A DNA stretch of 64,000 nucleotides from Candidatus Latescibacterota bacterium (GTDB lineage Bacteria; Latescibacterota; UBA2968; UBA8231): assembly GCA_965221775.1 (NCBI GenBank), contig CBDCSU010000005.1, positions 512,001-576,000 of the forward strand, given 5' to 3'. How positions within the stretch are numbered: position 1 is the stretch's first letter; every line of letters starts with the position of its first letter. The notes under the pieces were generated by a model, which saw nothing but the letters and a program-made list of their open reading frames with translations, did not search any database and was not told the origin of the DNA. Position numbers and translations under genes: made by a program. This document shows positions 48,797-58,290 of the stretch, one piece after another.

Positions 48797-51547
48797 GTGG
48801 ACATAGCGAGGAGTTGGCGCCCCGGTGCGCTGGCGGTGCTGATGCTTGGAGTGACGGCTCAGGATCTGCCGGCGCAGGAGGACTTCGGAGCCCGGCTGGG
48901 TGTGCGCCGGGGCGGTGAAGTCCATTACGCGCCAACGGGCCCCGGCGTGCTCTTCGACGCCCTGGACCCGGCGGTCAAGAAGTGGTACGTGCCGCAGGAG
49001 TTGTTCAACGAGTACCAGTGGCGGCAACAGGAGTACACCAACTACGCCCGCCGGCACTATCAGCGATTCGTGAACACCAGCCTGGAGGGTGAGTACTTCT
49101 ACGACCTCTACGGCAACTACGTCACCCGGGGCCGTCTGGTCTACGACTGGAACGTGGCGGCGCCGCAGACGTCGGGCAGCAGCCTCTTCAAGACCAACTT
49201 CTACGGCTGGTTCTCCAACCTGATCGTCGCCTCGGACCAGAAGGGCCAGTACTCCTATGCCATGACCATCGGCGACCGCATCCGCACCACCCTGACGCCG
49301 ATGACCTTCTCCAAGCCGTCCTTCGCCGGCATCCAGCTGGACATGGCCACCGACAAGTACGAGGCCACCCTCCTCGTCTCCCGTCCCAGCGCCCCCGGGA
49401 ACATCGAGGGGCCGGAGGCGACCAGCACCGGCCGGTTCCGCTCCAACGACACCAACCTGCTCGGGGGCCGGGGCACCGTGCAGGTGGGCGACTTCGTCAA
49501 GCTGGGCGGGACCTACGTGAACGCCTTCAACTCCTCCACCAAGGGACAGGCCTTCCAGGGCAACCCCTTCAAGGGGACCCTGACGGAGGGCCAGAACGCC
49601 GCCGACATCACGCGCATCGAGGTGCGCCTGAGCGACGATTCGCCCGAGGACGACATCGCCGGAGCCGCCTACTACCAGGAGGAGATGATCATCACCACCA
49701 TCGACGGCGAGCGCATCAGCAACCGCCGCCGGATCGGCGACAGCAACATCCTCGACTTCCATCCCTCCGAGCAGGGAGGCTTCCTCAACCCCCAGGGCTT
49801 CCTCTCCGCCGACGGCCGGGAGATCATCGTCCTCATCTACGACCTCACGGGACCCCAGTACCAGGCTTCCTTCGGCCCCCAGCCCGAGCAGATCCGGAAC
49901 ATCGAGTTCCGCTTCCTCCTGGCCAACGACTACCGCATCGACCTCACCTCCGACCGCCAGCTCAACGACAACGACCAGCCGGTCCTGCTCTCCGAGGGCA
50001 TTCCGGAACGGACCCTGCGGGCGCCGGGCAACGTTCAGGACGGCTCGAACCAGGGCTTCGTGAGCGTCAAGTACGGCCTGCCCGTGGCCAACGAGATCTT
50101 CGGCGGCACCATCGACATCACCGACGTGGGCGGGTTCTTTCTCTCCGCCGAGTACGACCGCAACCGCCAGCACTTCCGCTATCCCCGGCGGACCGAGGTG
50201 GACGTGACCAATCACCACTCCCACAACACCTCGGCCGACGCCTGGTTCGTCAACCTCTACAAGCGGTCCTATCCCTACTTCGGTTTCGGCGAGGTCTACA
50301 GTGTCGACGCCGGCTACAGCACCAGCACCTACCTGGCGGGCACCCTGAACGACGCCGCCGACATCCACTACGACAACGAGCTCCGCTTCGTCTACGAGTT
50401 CGTCGACGACAACGACGACCAGGACCGCAATCCCGACTGGCGGCGGGCCAACTTCGGCCACGACCGGAGGGTTTTTCCGGGATACGACGAGAACAACGAC
50501 TTCATCAACGACTACAACCAGAACGACACGGAGTACCGCCGCAACCGGCAGCCCGACTACGAGGAGCCCTTCCTGCGCTACACCTCGGACCGGCCCGAGT
50601 TCCTCTTCGGCATCGACATGAACAACAACGGCGTCGTCGACCGCTTCGAGAACGACAACTTCCCCGACTACCTCTACAAGAGGGACCGGCGCGGCTACAA
50701 CATCTACGGCGGTGCCCACCTGGGGCCCGAGGCGCGCCTCACCGTGGGCCGCCTCGACGAGCGCCAGCTGGCCGACGACCGCCGCAACGCCACCAACTAC
50801 GTCCTGCTCACCTTCGACAAGGACTACGCCGGCCTGGGCCGCGTGCAGGTCTTCAACAACTACCGGCGGGCCCAGGACGACATCCGCGACCACGTGATCG
50901 AGTGGGTCGTCCTCGAGGGCTCGCGTGGAGAGCTCATCGATTACGACGATCCCCTGCCCCTGCGCGACGGTTGGGCCAACACCCTGTACCTGGGCTACCA
51001 GTACCGGGGGGACCGCCTGCAGGTGCGCAACCGGGTCAAGTGGGAGGTCATTGGCCAGTCCAACTACTCCGAGCGCCCCGTGGAGCAGCAGAACCTTCGA
51101 GAGACGGCCTCCTTCGTGGGCGTCCTCAACAAGATCGACTACACCCTCGATCTCGGCGTTTTCAAGATCCAGCCCCGGTGGAAGAGCGAGTTCCTGCGCC
51201 AGCGCCCCTCGCCCCGGGAGAACACCCTGGTGCGCGTGGCCACCACCGAGCTGCGCGAGCTCGGATCCCTGGTCCTGCGCCTGCCGATCCTGTCCCACAC
51301 GGAGTTGCAGACGGGTCTCGAGTACCTCCTCGTAAGGCAGTTCCGCGAGGAGTTGAAGACCCACCAGTTGCGCTCCGACCGCGACGAGATGGTGTATGCC
51401 CTTCAGTTCACCAACAACGCGGAGTACGGCGGTTACGACCTGTGGACTCAGACCGGCTTCCGGGTCTCCCGCATCGACCGTGCCTCGGCGGACAAGGCGC
51501 GGACGGAGACGACCATGTTCGTAACCATCTTCGCCGGCGTAGAGTAG
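48797..51547 (+). CDS. Large secreted protein, probable outer-membrane beta-barrel with Asp/Asn-rich loops
   Basis: GGGAGG RBS, signal peptide, aromatic-rich alternating strands, C-terminus TMFVTIFAGVE. Confidence 0.6.
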   Translation: MDIARSWRPGALAVLMLGVTAQDLPAQEDFGARLGVRRGGEVHYAPTGPGVLFDALDPAVKKWYVPQELFNEYQWRQQEYTNYARRHYQRFVNTSLEGEYFYDLYGNYVTRGRLVYDWNVAAPQTSGSSLFKTNFYGWFSNLIVASDQKGQYSYAMTIGDRIRTTLTPMTFSKPSFAGIQLDMATDKYEATLLVSRPSAPGNIEGPEATSTGRFRSNDTNLLGGRGTVQVGDFVKLGGTYVNAFNSSTKGQAFQGNPFKGTLTEGQNAADITRIEVRLSDDSPEDDIAGAAYYQEEMIITTIDGERISNRRRIGDSNILDFHPSEQGGFLNPQGFLSADGREIIVLIYDLTGPQYQASFGPQPEQIRNIEFRFLLANDYRIDLTSDRQLNDNDQPVLLSEGIPERTLRAPGNVQDGSNQGFVSVKYGLPVANEIFGGTIDITDVGGFFLSAEYDRNRQHFRYPRRTEVDVTNHHSHNTSADAWFVNLYKRSYPYFGFGEVYSVDAGYSTSTYLAGTLNDAADIHYDNELRFVYEFVDDNDDQDRNPDWRRANFGHDRRVFPGYDENNDFINDYNQNDTEYRRNRQPDYEEPFLRYTSDRPEFLFGIDMNNNGVVDRFENDNFPDYLYKRDRRGYNIYGGAHLGPEARLTVGRLDERQLADDRRNATNYVLLTFDKDYAGLGRVQVFNNYRRAQDDIRDHVIEWVVLEGSRGELIDYDDPLPLRDGWANTLYLGYQYRGDRLQVRNRVKWEVIGQSNYSERPVEQQNLRETASFVGVLNKIDYTLDLGVFKIQPRWKSEFLRQRPSPRENTLVRVATTELRELGSLVLRLPILSHTELQTGLEYLLVRQFREELKTHQLRSDRDEMVYALQFTNNAEYGGYDLWTQTGFRVSRIDRASADKARTETTMFVTIFAGVE

Positions 51548-51550
51548 GAG

Positions 51551-52315
51551 GTGATCATGACCAGGTGGCTCATTCCGCTCCTTCCGGCCCTGCTGCTGCT
51601 TGCGGGCTGTTCCTACCGCTACTACGCGGACCCCCTCACGCCCCTCAGCGAGGCCGAGCAGGGGGAGAACAAGAGCGTTGCCGACGACGGCACGGTCACC
51701 CACACGCAGGGCCGCCTGGAAGTCGGCCTGCGGCCCATGACCGACGAGGAGTTGAACCGGCAGTTCAGCTCCTTCTCCATGGACGGGGCCGACTCGCGCA
51801 ACCCCTACACCTTCGGCAACTCCACCTACTTCCGCACCGGCGAGACGCCCCAGCGTTTCACCGTCTTCCGCGCTACCATCTCCAACTACCAGTACCCGAA
51901 GGTCTACCTGGATCCCGAGAGGGTCTATATCACCACCGCCAACGGCCGCAAGTATTACGCCCTGACCCGCGAGCAGCTGTGGATCTACTACCACCGCTAC
52001 GTCGGCGGAGGCCACGGCGGCGGCGACCCCGGGATGAGCGGCAACGCACACCATGTGTGGAAGGAGAGGGACGGCATCCTGCGCAACACCATGTTCCCCG
52101 ACCTGCCGGTCTTCAGCGCCCAGGAGGCCGAGGGGTACCTGGTCTTCAGGCCCCTGGCTCCCGACGTGGAGGAGTTGACCGTCCACATCCCCGGCCTGGT
52201 GGTGCGCTACGACTTCAAGGGCGATCCGGCGGAGATGGTGGACATTGCCATGCGCTTCGAGCGGGAGATCGGCCGCGTCTACCCGGACGGCAGCAGGGTA
52301 GCCACAAGCGAATAG
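51551..52315 (+). CDS. Lipoprotein (paralog 1)
   Basis: Lipobox LAGC; VADDGTVT..GRLEV.LRP.TD.ELNRQF; FERE.GR.YPDG. Confidence 0.8.
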   Translation: MIMTRWLIPLLPALLLLAGCSYRYYADPLTPLSEAEQGENKSVADDGTVTHTQGRLEVGLRPMTDEELNRQFSSFSMDGADSRNPYTFGNSTYFRTGETPQRFTVFRATISNYQYPKVYLDPERVYITTANGRKYYALTREQLWIYYHRYVGGGHGGGDPGMSGNAHHVWKERDGILRNTMFPDLPVFSAQEAEGYLVFRPLAPDVEELTVHIPGLVVRYDFKGDPAEMVDIAMRFEREIGRVYPDGSRVATSE

Positions 52316-52340
52316 CAGGTTTCCTTCGGACCATCACCTG

Positions 52341-52382
52341 ACTGCGCGGTGCCGCCGCAAGGAGGCGCCGCGCAGTTTCTTT
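52341..52382 (+). terminator. Rho-independent terminator
   Basis: ACTGCGCGGTGCC..GCAA..GGCGCCGCGCAGT stem followed by TTCTTT. Confidence 0.7.
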
Positions 52383-52390
52383 GACAGGAC

Positions 52391-54085
52391 ATGCCATCGA
52401 TGAGGTGGAGATCTCTCAGCCTGGGTCTGTGCGCGGCCCTCCCGGCGTGCGGCCCCCAGGCCGGGCCCGGCGATCCCGCGGCGGTACTGGCCACCGTCTC
52501 CGGGCGGCCGATCACCGCCCTGGATCTGGAAGAGTACGAGCGGACCCTGCCCGCCTATCTGCGATCGAAGGAGGAGGGAGCGGCCGCCCATGGAGAGCAC
52601 CTCCGGAGCCTCGTCGACAGGGAGCTGGTCCTGGGCGAGGCCGGCCTTCGAGGGCTGGACCGGCACCCGGAGGTGGAGAGCGCCCTCTCGGCGATGGTCG
52701 ATGAACGCGCCGCAGAAGAGCTGGCCAGGAGGCTGGTCGACGCCCGCCTCTCGGTCACCGAAGAGGAACTGCGCACCTTCTACGAGGAGGAGTCGCTGGG
52801 CTGGCAGGTCTGGCCCGCCCACATCCTCTCCGCCACCGAGGAGGAGGCCCGCGAGGTCATCCGCCTGCTGTCGGAGGGAGCCGACTTCGGCGGGCTGGCA
52901 CGGGAGCGCTCCCTGGCCGGCGACGCGGACAAGGGGGGCGATCTGCAGGCCTTCTTCGGGGCCTCCGATGCCGTGCCCACCCTGAGGGAGGGCGCCTTCC
53001 ACCTCGATGAAGGGCAGGTGAGCGAGCCGATCCGCACCTTCGAGGGCTACGAGGTGGTCAAGGTGCTGCGGAAACGGCGGCTGCCTTACGGGCAGCTGCG
53101 GCAGGAGATCCATCAGCGCCTGATGACGCGCAAGGGCTGGGAGCGGCGGACCGCCATCATCGACTCGCTCAAGGAGGCTCGCGGCCTGCGCCTCCATCGC
53201 CAAGTGGTGCCGGCCGTTTTCGACGGGCTGCACGGACGGGAGGTCGACCCGGGCCAGGAGCAGGCCCCCCTGATCGAGTACGAGGGGGGCGCCGTCACCG
53301 TCCTCGACGCCACGGAGGGGCTGCGCGACCTGGACGAGGAGGCCCTGCCCCCCGACACCGCGGCCGTCGTCCGCGCTCTCGAGGAGAGGTTGATCCCCGA
53401 TTCCCTGCTGGTTCTAGAGGCCCGGGCCCGCGGGCTGACCGAAGGGCCGGGCATGGTGGAGTGGCGGGAGCAGGAGCGCCTGGGCCTGATGGCCGCACGC
53501 CTGCGCAGCGACGTGGTGAAGGGCCGGGCGGAGGTGACCGAAGAAGAGGTGAGGGATCACTACGAGCGGAACCTGGGGTCCTACACTTCCCTGCCCGGCT
53601 TCATCCGGATGACGGAGGTCCTCCTCGACACCCGCGCGCAGGCCGATTCGATCCTCGAACGGGCGCGGGCCGGCGAAGGGCTGGAGGTGCTCGCCGCCCG
53701 CCACTCCGTGCGTCCCGGCATGAAGCCGGTGGGGGGGCACACCTTCGGCGACAGCGGCAGAGTCACCATCCGCCCCCTCTACAAGTCGCCGTACCGCACC
53801 GCCTTCGGAGACCGCAACACCGAGGACGTGGGCGTGCTCCACGGTCCGCTGGAGGTGCAGGGGAGGTACAGCGTCTTCCGCCTGGATCAGCCTTTCGAGA
53901 AGGAGGCCGTGCCCTTCTGGCGGCTGCGCCGGCGCATCGCCGGGCAGATCCTCAGGCGGCGGGAGGCCGTCCTCTTCGAGAGCTTCCTCGATTCGCTGCG
54001 CCGCGTCCATGCCGCCGAGGTGGTGATCGACGAAGAAACCCTCTCCGGTTACGCGGCCGCCCGTCAGAGCCTCGATCCCCCGTAA
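52391..54085 (+). CDS. Parvulin-type peptidyl-prolyl isomerase lipoprotein (SurA/PrsA-like, two PPIase modules)
   Basis: LPAC lipobox; AHIL, GADFGGLARERS, GGDL, GQVSEPIRT..GYEVVKV. Confidence 0.85.
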   Translation: MPSMRWRSLSLGLCAALPACGPQAGPGDPAAVLATVSGRPITALDLEEYERTLPAYLRSKEEGAAAHGEHLRSLVDRELVLGEAGLRGLDRHPEVESALSAMVDERAAEELARRLVDARLSVTEEELRTFYEEESLGWQVWPAHILSATEEEAREVIRLLSEGADFGGLARERSLAGDADKGGDLQAFFGASDAVPTLREGAFHLDEGQVSEPIRTFEGYEVVKVLRKRRLPYGQLRQEIHQRLMTRKGWERRTAIIDSLKEARGLRLHRQVVPAVFDGLHGREVDPGQEQAPLIEYEGGAVTVLDATEGLRDLDEEALPPDTAAVVRALEERLIPDSLLVLEARARGLTEGPGMVEWREQERLGLMAARLRSDVVKGRAEVTEEEVRDHYERNLGSYTSLPGFIRMTEVLLDTRAQADSILERARAGEGLEVLAARHSVRPGMKPVGGHTFGDSGRVTIRPLYKSPYRTAFGDRNTEDVGVLHGPLEVQGRYSVFRLDQPFEKEAVPFWRLRRRIAGQILRRREAVLFESFLDSLRRVHAAEVVIDEETLSGYAAARQSLDPP

Positions 54086-54098
54086 GCGAGGCTCATCC

Positions 54099-56120
54099 GT
54101 GCGCCTGAGGCTCGCGGCGCTGCTCGTCGGCCTGGGACTCGTGGTGCTCCTGGAGGGCGCACTCCGGCTGGTCCCGGCTCTCCGCCCTCCGGCCTTCACC
54201 CTCCGCCTCGCCACGGTGGAGGACCGAACCCTCAACGCCGTCAATCCGGACTACCCGCAACGCTTCTTCGCCGGCGTTGCGGGGGACCTTCCCGCGGGCG
54301 GCGTCCGCATGACCCCCCGGCCCTACGTCGAACCCGCACCGCCGGAGGCCCTGCGGGTGCTCTTCGCCGGCGGGTCGACGGTGCAGGGCTTCCCCCACCC
54401 CAAGCGCCTGTCGGCGCCCTCCTGCCTCCAGAAGATGCTCCGGGACCTGCACCCCGGACGCCACATCGAGGTCTACAACGCCGGCATCACGGCCGCCTCG
54501 AGCTTCGTCGTCGCCCGCGCCGTGGAGGACGGTGTCCGGGCCCTGGAGGCCGACCTCGTGGTGGTCTACACGGGCCACAACGAGCTCTACGGGGTGTACG
54601 GGGCCGCCTCCCTCGCCCAGGGCGGCCGCGCCTCGTGGAGCAAGAGGCTCCACTACGGGGTGATGCAATGGCGGATGACCCGCCTGGTGGTCGGGCTCGT
54701 GGGGGCCTTCGGCACCGACGAGCCTCAACCCGCGGACCTGCTGGAGACCATGTCGCGCACGGGCTCCGTCCCCGTGGACGATCCGAGACGGGAACGGGCC
54801 GCCGCCAACCTGGAGGGCAACCTGCGGGACGTGGCCGCCTTCTGCCGGGAGCGGGGCATCCCCCTGGTGCTCTGCACCCTCACCAGCAACGAGCGCGGCT
54901 TCGCGCCGGGAGGGGCCGCGCCCCCTCCCGGCGAGGACGGCGCGGCGTACCTGGACCTGCTGCAGGCCGGCAGCCGCGGCCAGGCCTCCGCCGCCGCCCT
55001 GGAGGCGCTGGAAGAGGCCCGCGAGCTGCGCGAGGACGACGCCTGCCTGCACTTCCTGCGCGGCCATCACCTGGAGCGCCTTGGGGACGGGTTCGCGGCG
55101 CGGCGGGCCTACCTGCAGGCCCGCGAGCTGGATACCCGGCCCTGGCGGGCGACGGCCCGGCTCAACGAGGTCGTGCGCCGGGTTGCGGCCGAGGAGGGGG
55201 CGCTCCTGGCCGAGGTGGAAGCGCGGTTCCTGGATCACAGCCCGGCCGCCGGTGTTGGCTGGGAGCTGATGGCCGACCACCTGCACCCCACCGCCGCCGG
55301 GCAGGCGCTGCTCGCCCGTGCCGTGGCAGCGGCCCTGCGGGAGGCGCCTCAGCCCTGGGGATTCCCGCGGGAGAGGCTCCAGCGGCTCCAGGCCGACGAC
55401 CGCTATCGCCAGCGCCTCGGAGACCTGCCCGTCGAGCAACTCGCCGTCATCCGGGCCATGGCCCGCCTCTTCGGATCGCCCCCCATGGACGAGGGCAACG
55501 AGAGCCGCGCCGAGGACCTCCGCCGGCAGGGCGACAGCCTCATGGCCGGGCTGAGCCCCGGCGAGCGGCGCGGGGTCGAGCGCTGGGTGCGGGGAGAAGG
55601 GCCGGACCTGCTGGCCCTGAACGTGGCCGAGGCCCTGTTCTCGGCGCGGGAATACCAGCGGGCCCGGGCCTACTACCAGGCCGCCCGCCTGGAGCAGCCT
55701 TTCACGATCTGGAGCGACTTGTGGGCCGCCCTGCGCTGGGTCCGCTGCGGTCGGCTGCTCGGCCGCCCTCCGGACGAAGCGGACAGGGCGGCCCTCGAGA
55801 CCGTGCTGGACCGCCAGCGTTTCCTGGCCCGGGCCCCCGGCTTCTCCCAGGGGCTGCGGGACTTCATCGAGGGCTACGCCCGCCACCTTCTGGGGCAAAG
55901 AGCCGGCGCCCTGGCCGCCCTCGAAGCGGCCATCCGGGATGAAGAGACACGGCGCAGGTTCTTCCCCGAGCTGCTGCAACTGCTCGTGATCGAGCTGATC
56001 GCCGCCGGCCGCCCCGGGGACGCCGAACGCTACGCGCTCCAGGTCTCCGCGGAGCTGGGCCAGGAGGCTTTCGGACGCGCCCTGGTGGAGCGCATCCGGG
56101 CAGGTGCGGCCCCGCGCTGA
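54099..56120 (+). CDS. SGNH/GDSL-hydrolase-like protein with TPR helices
   Basis: GGSTVQG (Ser), NAG, YTGHNELYG, DHLHPT; TPR-like AYLQARELD. Confidence 0.78.
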   Translation: MRLRLAALLVGLGLVVLLEGALRLVPALRPPAFTLRLATVEDRTLNAVNPDYPQRFFAGVAGDLPAGGVRMTPRPYVEPAPPEALRVLFAGGSTVQGFPHPKRLSAPSCLQKMLRDLHPGRHIEVYNAGITAASSFVVARAVEDGVRALEADLVVVYTGHNELYGVYGAASLAQGGRASWSKRLHYGVMQWRMTRLVVGLVGAFGTDEPQPADLLETMSRTGSVPVDDPRRERAAANLEGNLRDVAAFCRERGIPLVLCTLTSNERGFAPGGAAPPPGEDGAAYLDLLQAGSRGQASAAALEALEEARELREDDACLHFLRGHHLERLGDGFAARRAYLQARELDTRPWRATARLNEVVRRVAAEEGALLAEVEARFLDHSPAAGVGWELMADHLHPTAAGQALLARAVAAALREAPQPWGFPRERLQRLQADDRYRQRLGDLPVEQLAVIRAMARLFGSPPMDEGNESRAEDLRRQGDSLMAGLSPGERRGVERWVRGEGPDLLALNVAEALFSAREYQRARAYYQAARLEQPFTIWSDLWAALRWVRCGRLLGRPPDEADRAALETVLDRQRFLARAPGFSQGLRDFIEGYARHLLGQRAGALAALEAAIRDEETRRRFFPELLQLLVIELIAAGRPGDAERYALQVSAELGQEAFGRALVERIRAGAAPR

Positions 56121-56150
56121 CCGTACCGCCGGCAGCCACTCCAGGCCGCC

Positions 56151-58244
56151 TCAGTCCCGGCCGGTACCCATCCGTCGATAGACTTCCTCGAGCAGGGCCT
56201 GAGCCCGGGGTGAAGGGCCCCTGGCCAGCACCTGCCGCAACCGCTCCACGGCCGCGCCGTGGCGTCCCTCTTCCGTGTCCATGAGGGCCAGGTTGACGTG
56301 GGCCTCCGGGTTTTCCGGGTCCAACTCCAGGGCCTCCAGGAAACGGGTCCGAGCCCTCTGGGTGCGCCCGTCGAGCAGGTGCAGGGCGCCGATGGCGACC
56401 AGGGCCTCGGGACGCCTCTCCAGGGACAGGGCGCGGCCATAGGAGTCGAGGGCGGCCTCCCCTCGCCCGGACTGGTGCAGGGCGCGCCCCAACTGGTAGT
56501 GGATCCGGAAGTCCCGCGGTCGGGAAGCCAGGGCCCGCCGGAAGTGCTCGGCCGAGGCCGTGTAGCGCCCCTGGCCGTAGAGGAGGCGGGCGTACTCGTA
56601 GTTGGCCATGCCGGACCCCGGATCCAGCTCCAGGGCGCGCACCAGGGCGGCCCGGGCCTGCTGCGGCCGGCCCGCGTCCAGGTGGATCCGGGCGAGAAGC
56701 ACGTGGGTGTCCACCCGCCGGGGATTCTCCGCCAGGGTGGCCCGGGCCGTCCGGCCGCTCTCCCCCAGGCGTCCCTGGTGGTAGCAGGCCACGGCCAGAT
56801 TGTGGCGCGCGTAGTTGTATCCCGGGGCCAGCTCCAGGGCCCGCCGGGAGTGGGTCTCGGACAGTGCGTACTCCCCCTTGCGCAGGTAGACCTCGCCCAG
56901 GTCGAAGTGGAGCTGGGCGTCCGCGTCGGTGGGGGCCGCCCTCGCCAGGTTGCACAGGACCAGGAGAGCAGCCAGGGGCACCCCCAACCTCGCCGCCTCC
57001 GGCCAGGATCTCCGGCGCAGGCTGCGGAGCAGACGCCAGGCCGCCAGGGCGGCGAAGACGATCAGCACGGGCAGGACCGGCATGCGGTAACGGGCGGCGG
57101 GGAAGAACAGCACGACGGAAGCCGTATAGCCGAGAACGTAGAGCCGCAGCAGGGCCGTTGGATCTCCGCGGATGCGGAGGCTCAGCCCCAGGCCGAGCAG
57201 GCCCAGGGGTGCGACCACTCCGAAGGGCATGGAGAGGTGCCGGTCCCACAGCAGCAGACCGAGGATCCAGGAGTGCTGCCGGGCGTAGTAGATGTCCTGG
57301 TTGCGCTTGACCTCCGGGCCGCTCCAGAAGTCCCGGGTCTTCCTTGCGAGGAGACCGAGGTAGTCGAGGGGATGGGAGGCGATCCAGGCCAGGCCCTTGC
57401 GCAGGAACCAGGAGGACTTCGCCGCCGCGGTCACGTGGCCCGCCCGCGCCGGCTCGGAGACCATCTCCTCCCATTCCACCCCGGGCCGCAGGGCGACGGT
57501 GCGCTCGTAGTCGGCGTTGTTGCCGATGTAGAAGTTGACGCCGCCATTGGCCGAGACCAGGACCAGGCCCGGCTCGGCGGCCCAGTTGCGCACGGTGACG
57601 GGGAGGATCACCAGGAGGGCGCAGCCCGCGAAGGGCACCAGGGCCCCCGCGGAGCGCCGCCGCCACAGGTGCCAGGCGCAGAAGAGCGCCACGAAGAGGA
57701 GGATGTTGGGGCGGGCGAGGGCGGCCAGCCCGGCCGTCACGCCGGCCAGGCCCCAGTCCCGGCTGCGCTCCCGGTCCTGGGCCGCCAGGAGGAGCTGGAG
57801 AAGCAGGAGGTCCAGGAATACCTCCAGGGGCACGGCCAGCAGCTCTCCCTCGAAGTAGAGGAAGGTGCCGCACAGGGCGGCCGCCCAGCCGGCGATCCGC
57901 GCCGCCGGCTCGCCGAAGGCGCGGCGGGCGAGGCCGTACACCAGCAGACAGGAGAGGGCCCCCAGCAGGGCGTGGACGAGACGGATGCCGACGAAGTACG
58001 AGCCCGGCATGAGCCAGCAGACGAAGGCCAGCAGGTAGATGTAGAGGGGCGCCTGCCAGTAGGGCTCGGCACCGCCCCGGAGATTGCCGGCGGCGATGGC
58101 CAGGGCCTGGTCGAGGAAGGTCCGGGCGTCGACGACGGGCGCGTCGAAGAACGGGCTGGCGCCGTGCTGGTGGATGTAGCCCAGCCTCAGCGCCAGCGCC
58201 GCCAGCAGGAGGCAGCCGGCAAAGAGACGGGAGCCGCGGCTCAT
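56151..58244 (-). CDS. Glycosyltransferase family 39 (PMT/ArnT-like, GT-C) with C-terminal TPR repeats
   Basis: VDARTF, QAPLY.YLLA, many TMs, LARPN, VTVRN, NFYIGNN, RYRMP; ALELxP TPR repeats. Confidence 0.85.
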   Translation of the reverse strand: MSRGSRLFAGCLLLAALALRLGYIHQHGASPFFDAPVVDARTFLDQALAIAAGNLRGGAEPYWQAPLYIYLLAFVCWLMPGSYFVGIRLVHALLGALSCLLVYGLARRAFGEPAARIAGWAAALCGTFLYFEGELLAVPLEVFLDLLLLQLLLAAQDRERSRDWGLAGVTAGLAALARPNILLFVALFCAWHLWRRRSAGALVPFAGCALLVILPVTVRNWAAEPGLVLVSANGGVNFYIGNNADYERTVALRPGVEWEEMVSEPARAGHVTAAAKSSWFLRKGLAWIASHPLDYLGLLARKTRDFWSGPEVKRNQDIYYARQHSWILGLLLWDRHLSMPFGVVAPLGLLGLGLSLRIRGDPTALLRLYVLGYTASVVLFFPAARYRMPVLPVLIVFAALAAWRLLRSLRRRSWPEAARLGVPLAALLVLCNLARAAPTDADAQLHFDLGEVYLRKGEYALSETHSRRALELAPGYNYARHNLAVACYHQGRLGESGRTARATLAENPRRVDTHVLLARIHLDAGRPQQARAALVRALELDPGSGMANYEYARLLYGQGRYTASAEHFRRALASRPRDFRIHYQLGRALHQSGRGEAALDSYGRALSLERRPEALVAIGALHLLDGRTQRARTRFLEALELDPENPEAHVNLALMDTEEGRHGAAVERLRQVLARGPSPRAQALLEEVYRRMGTGRD

Positions 58245-58290
58245 GGCCTCGGGCCCCTCTGCCGGCGCCTACGGACCCGGGATCAGCGGC

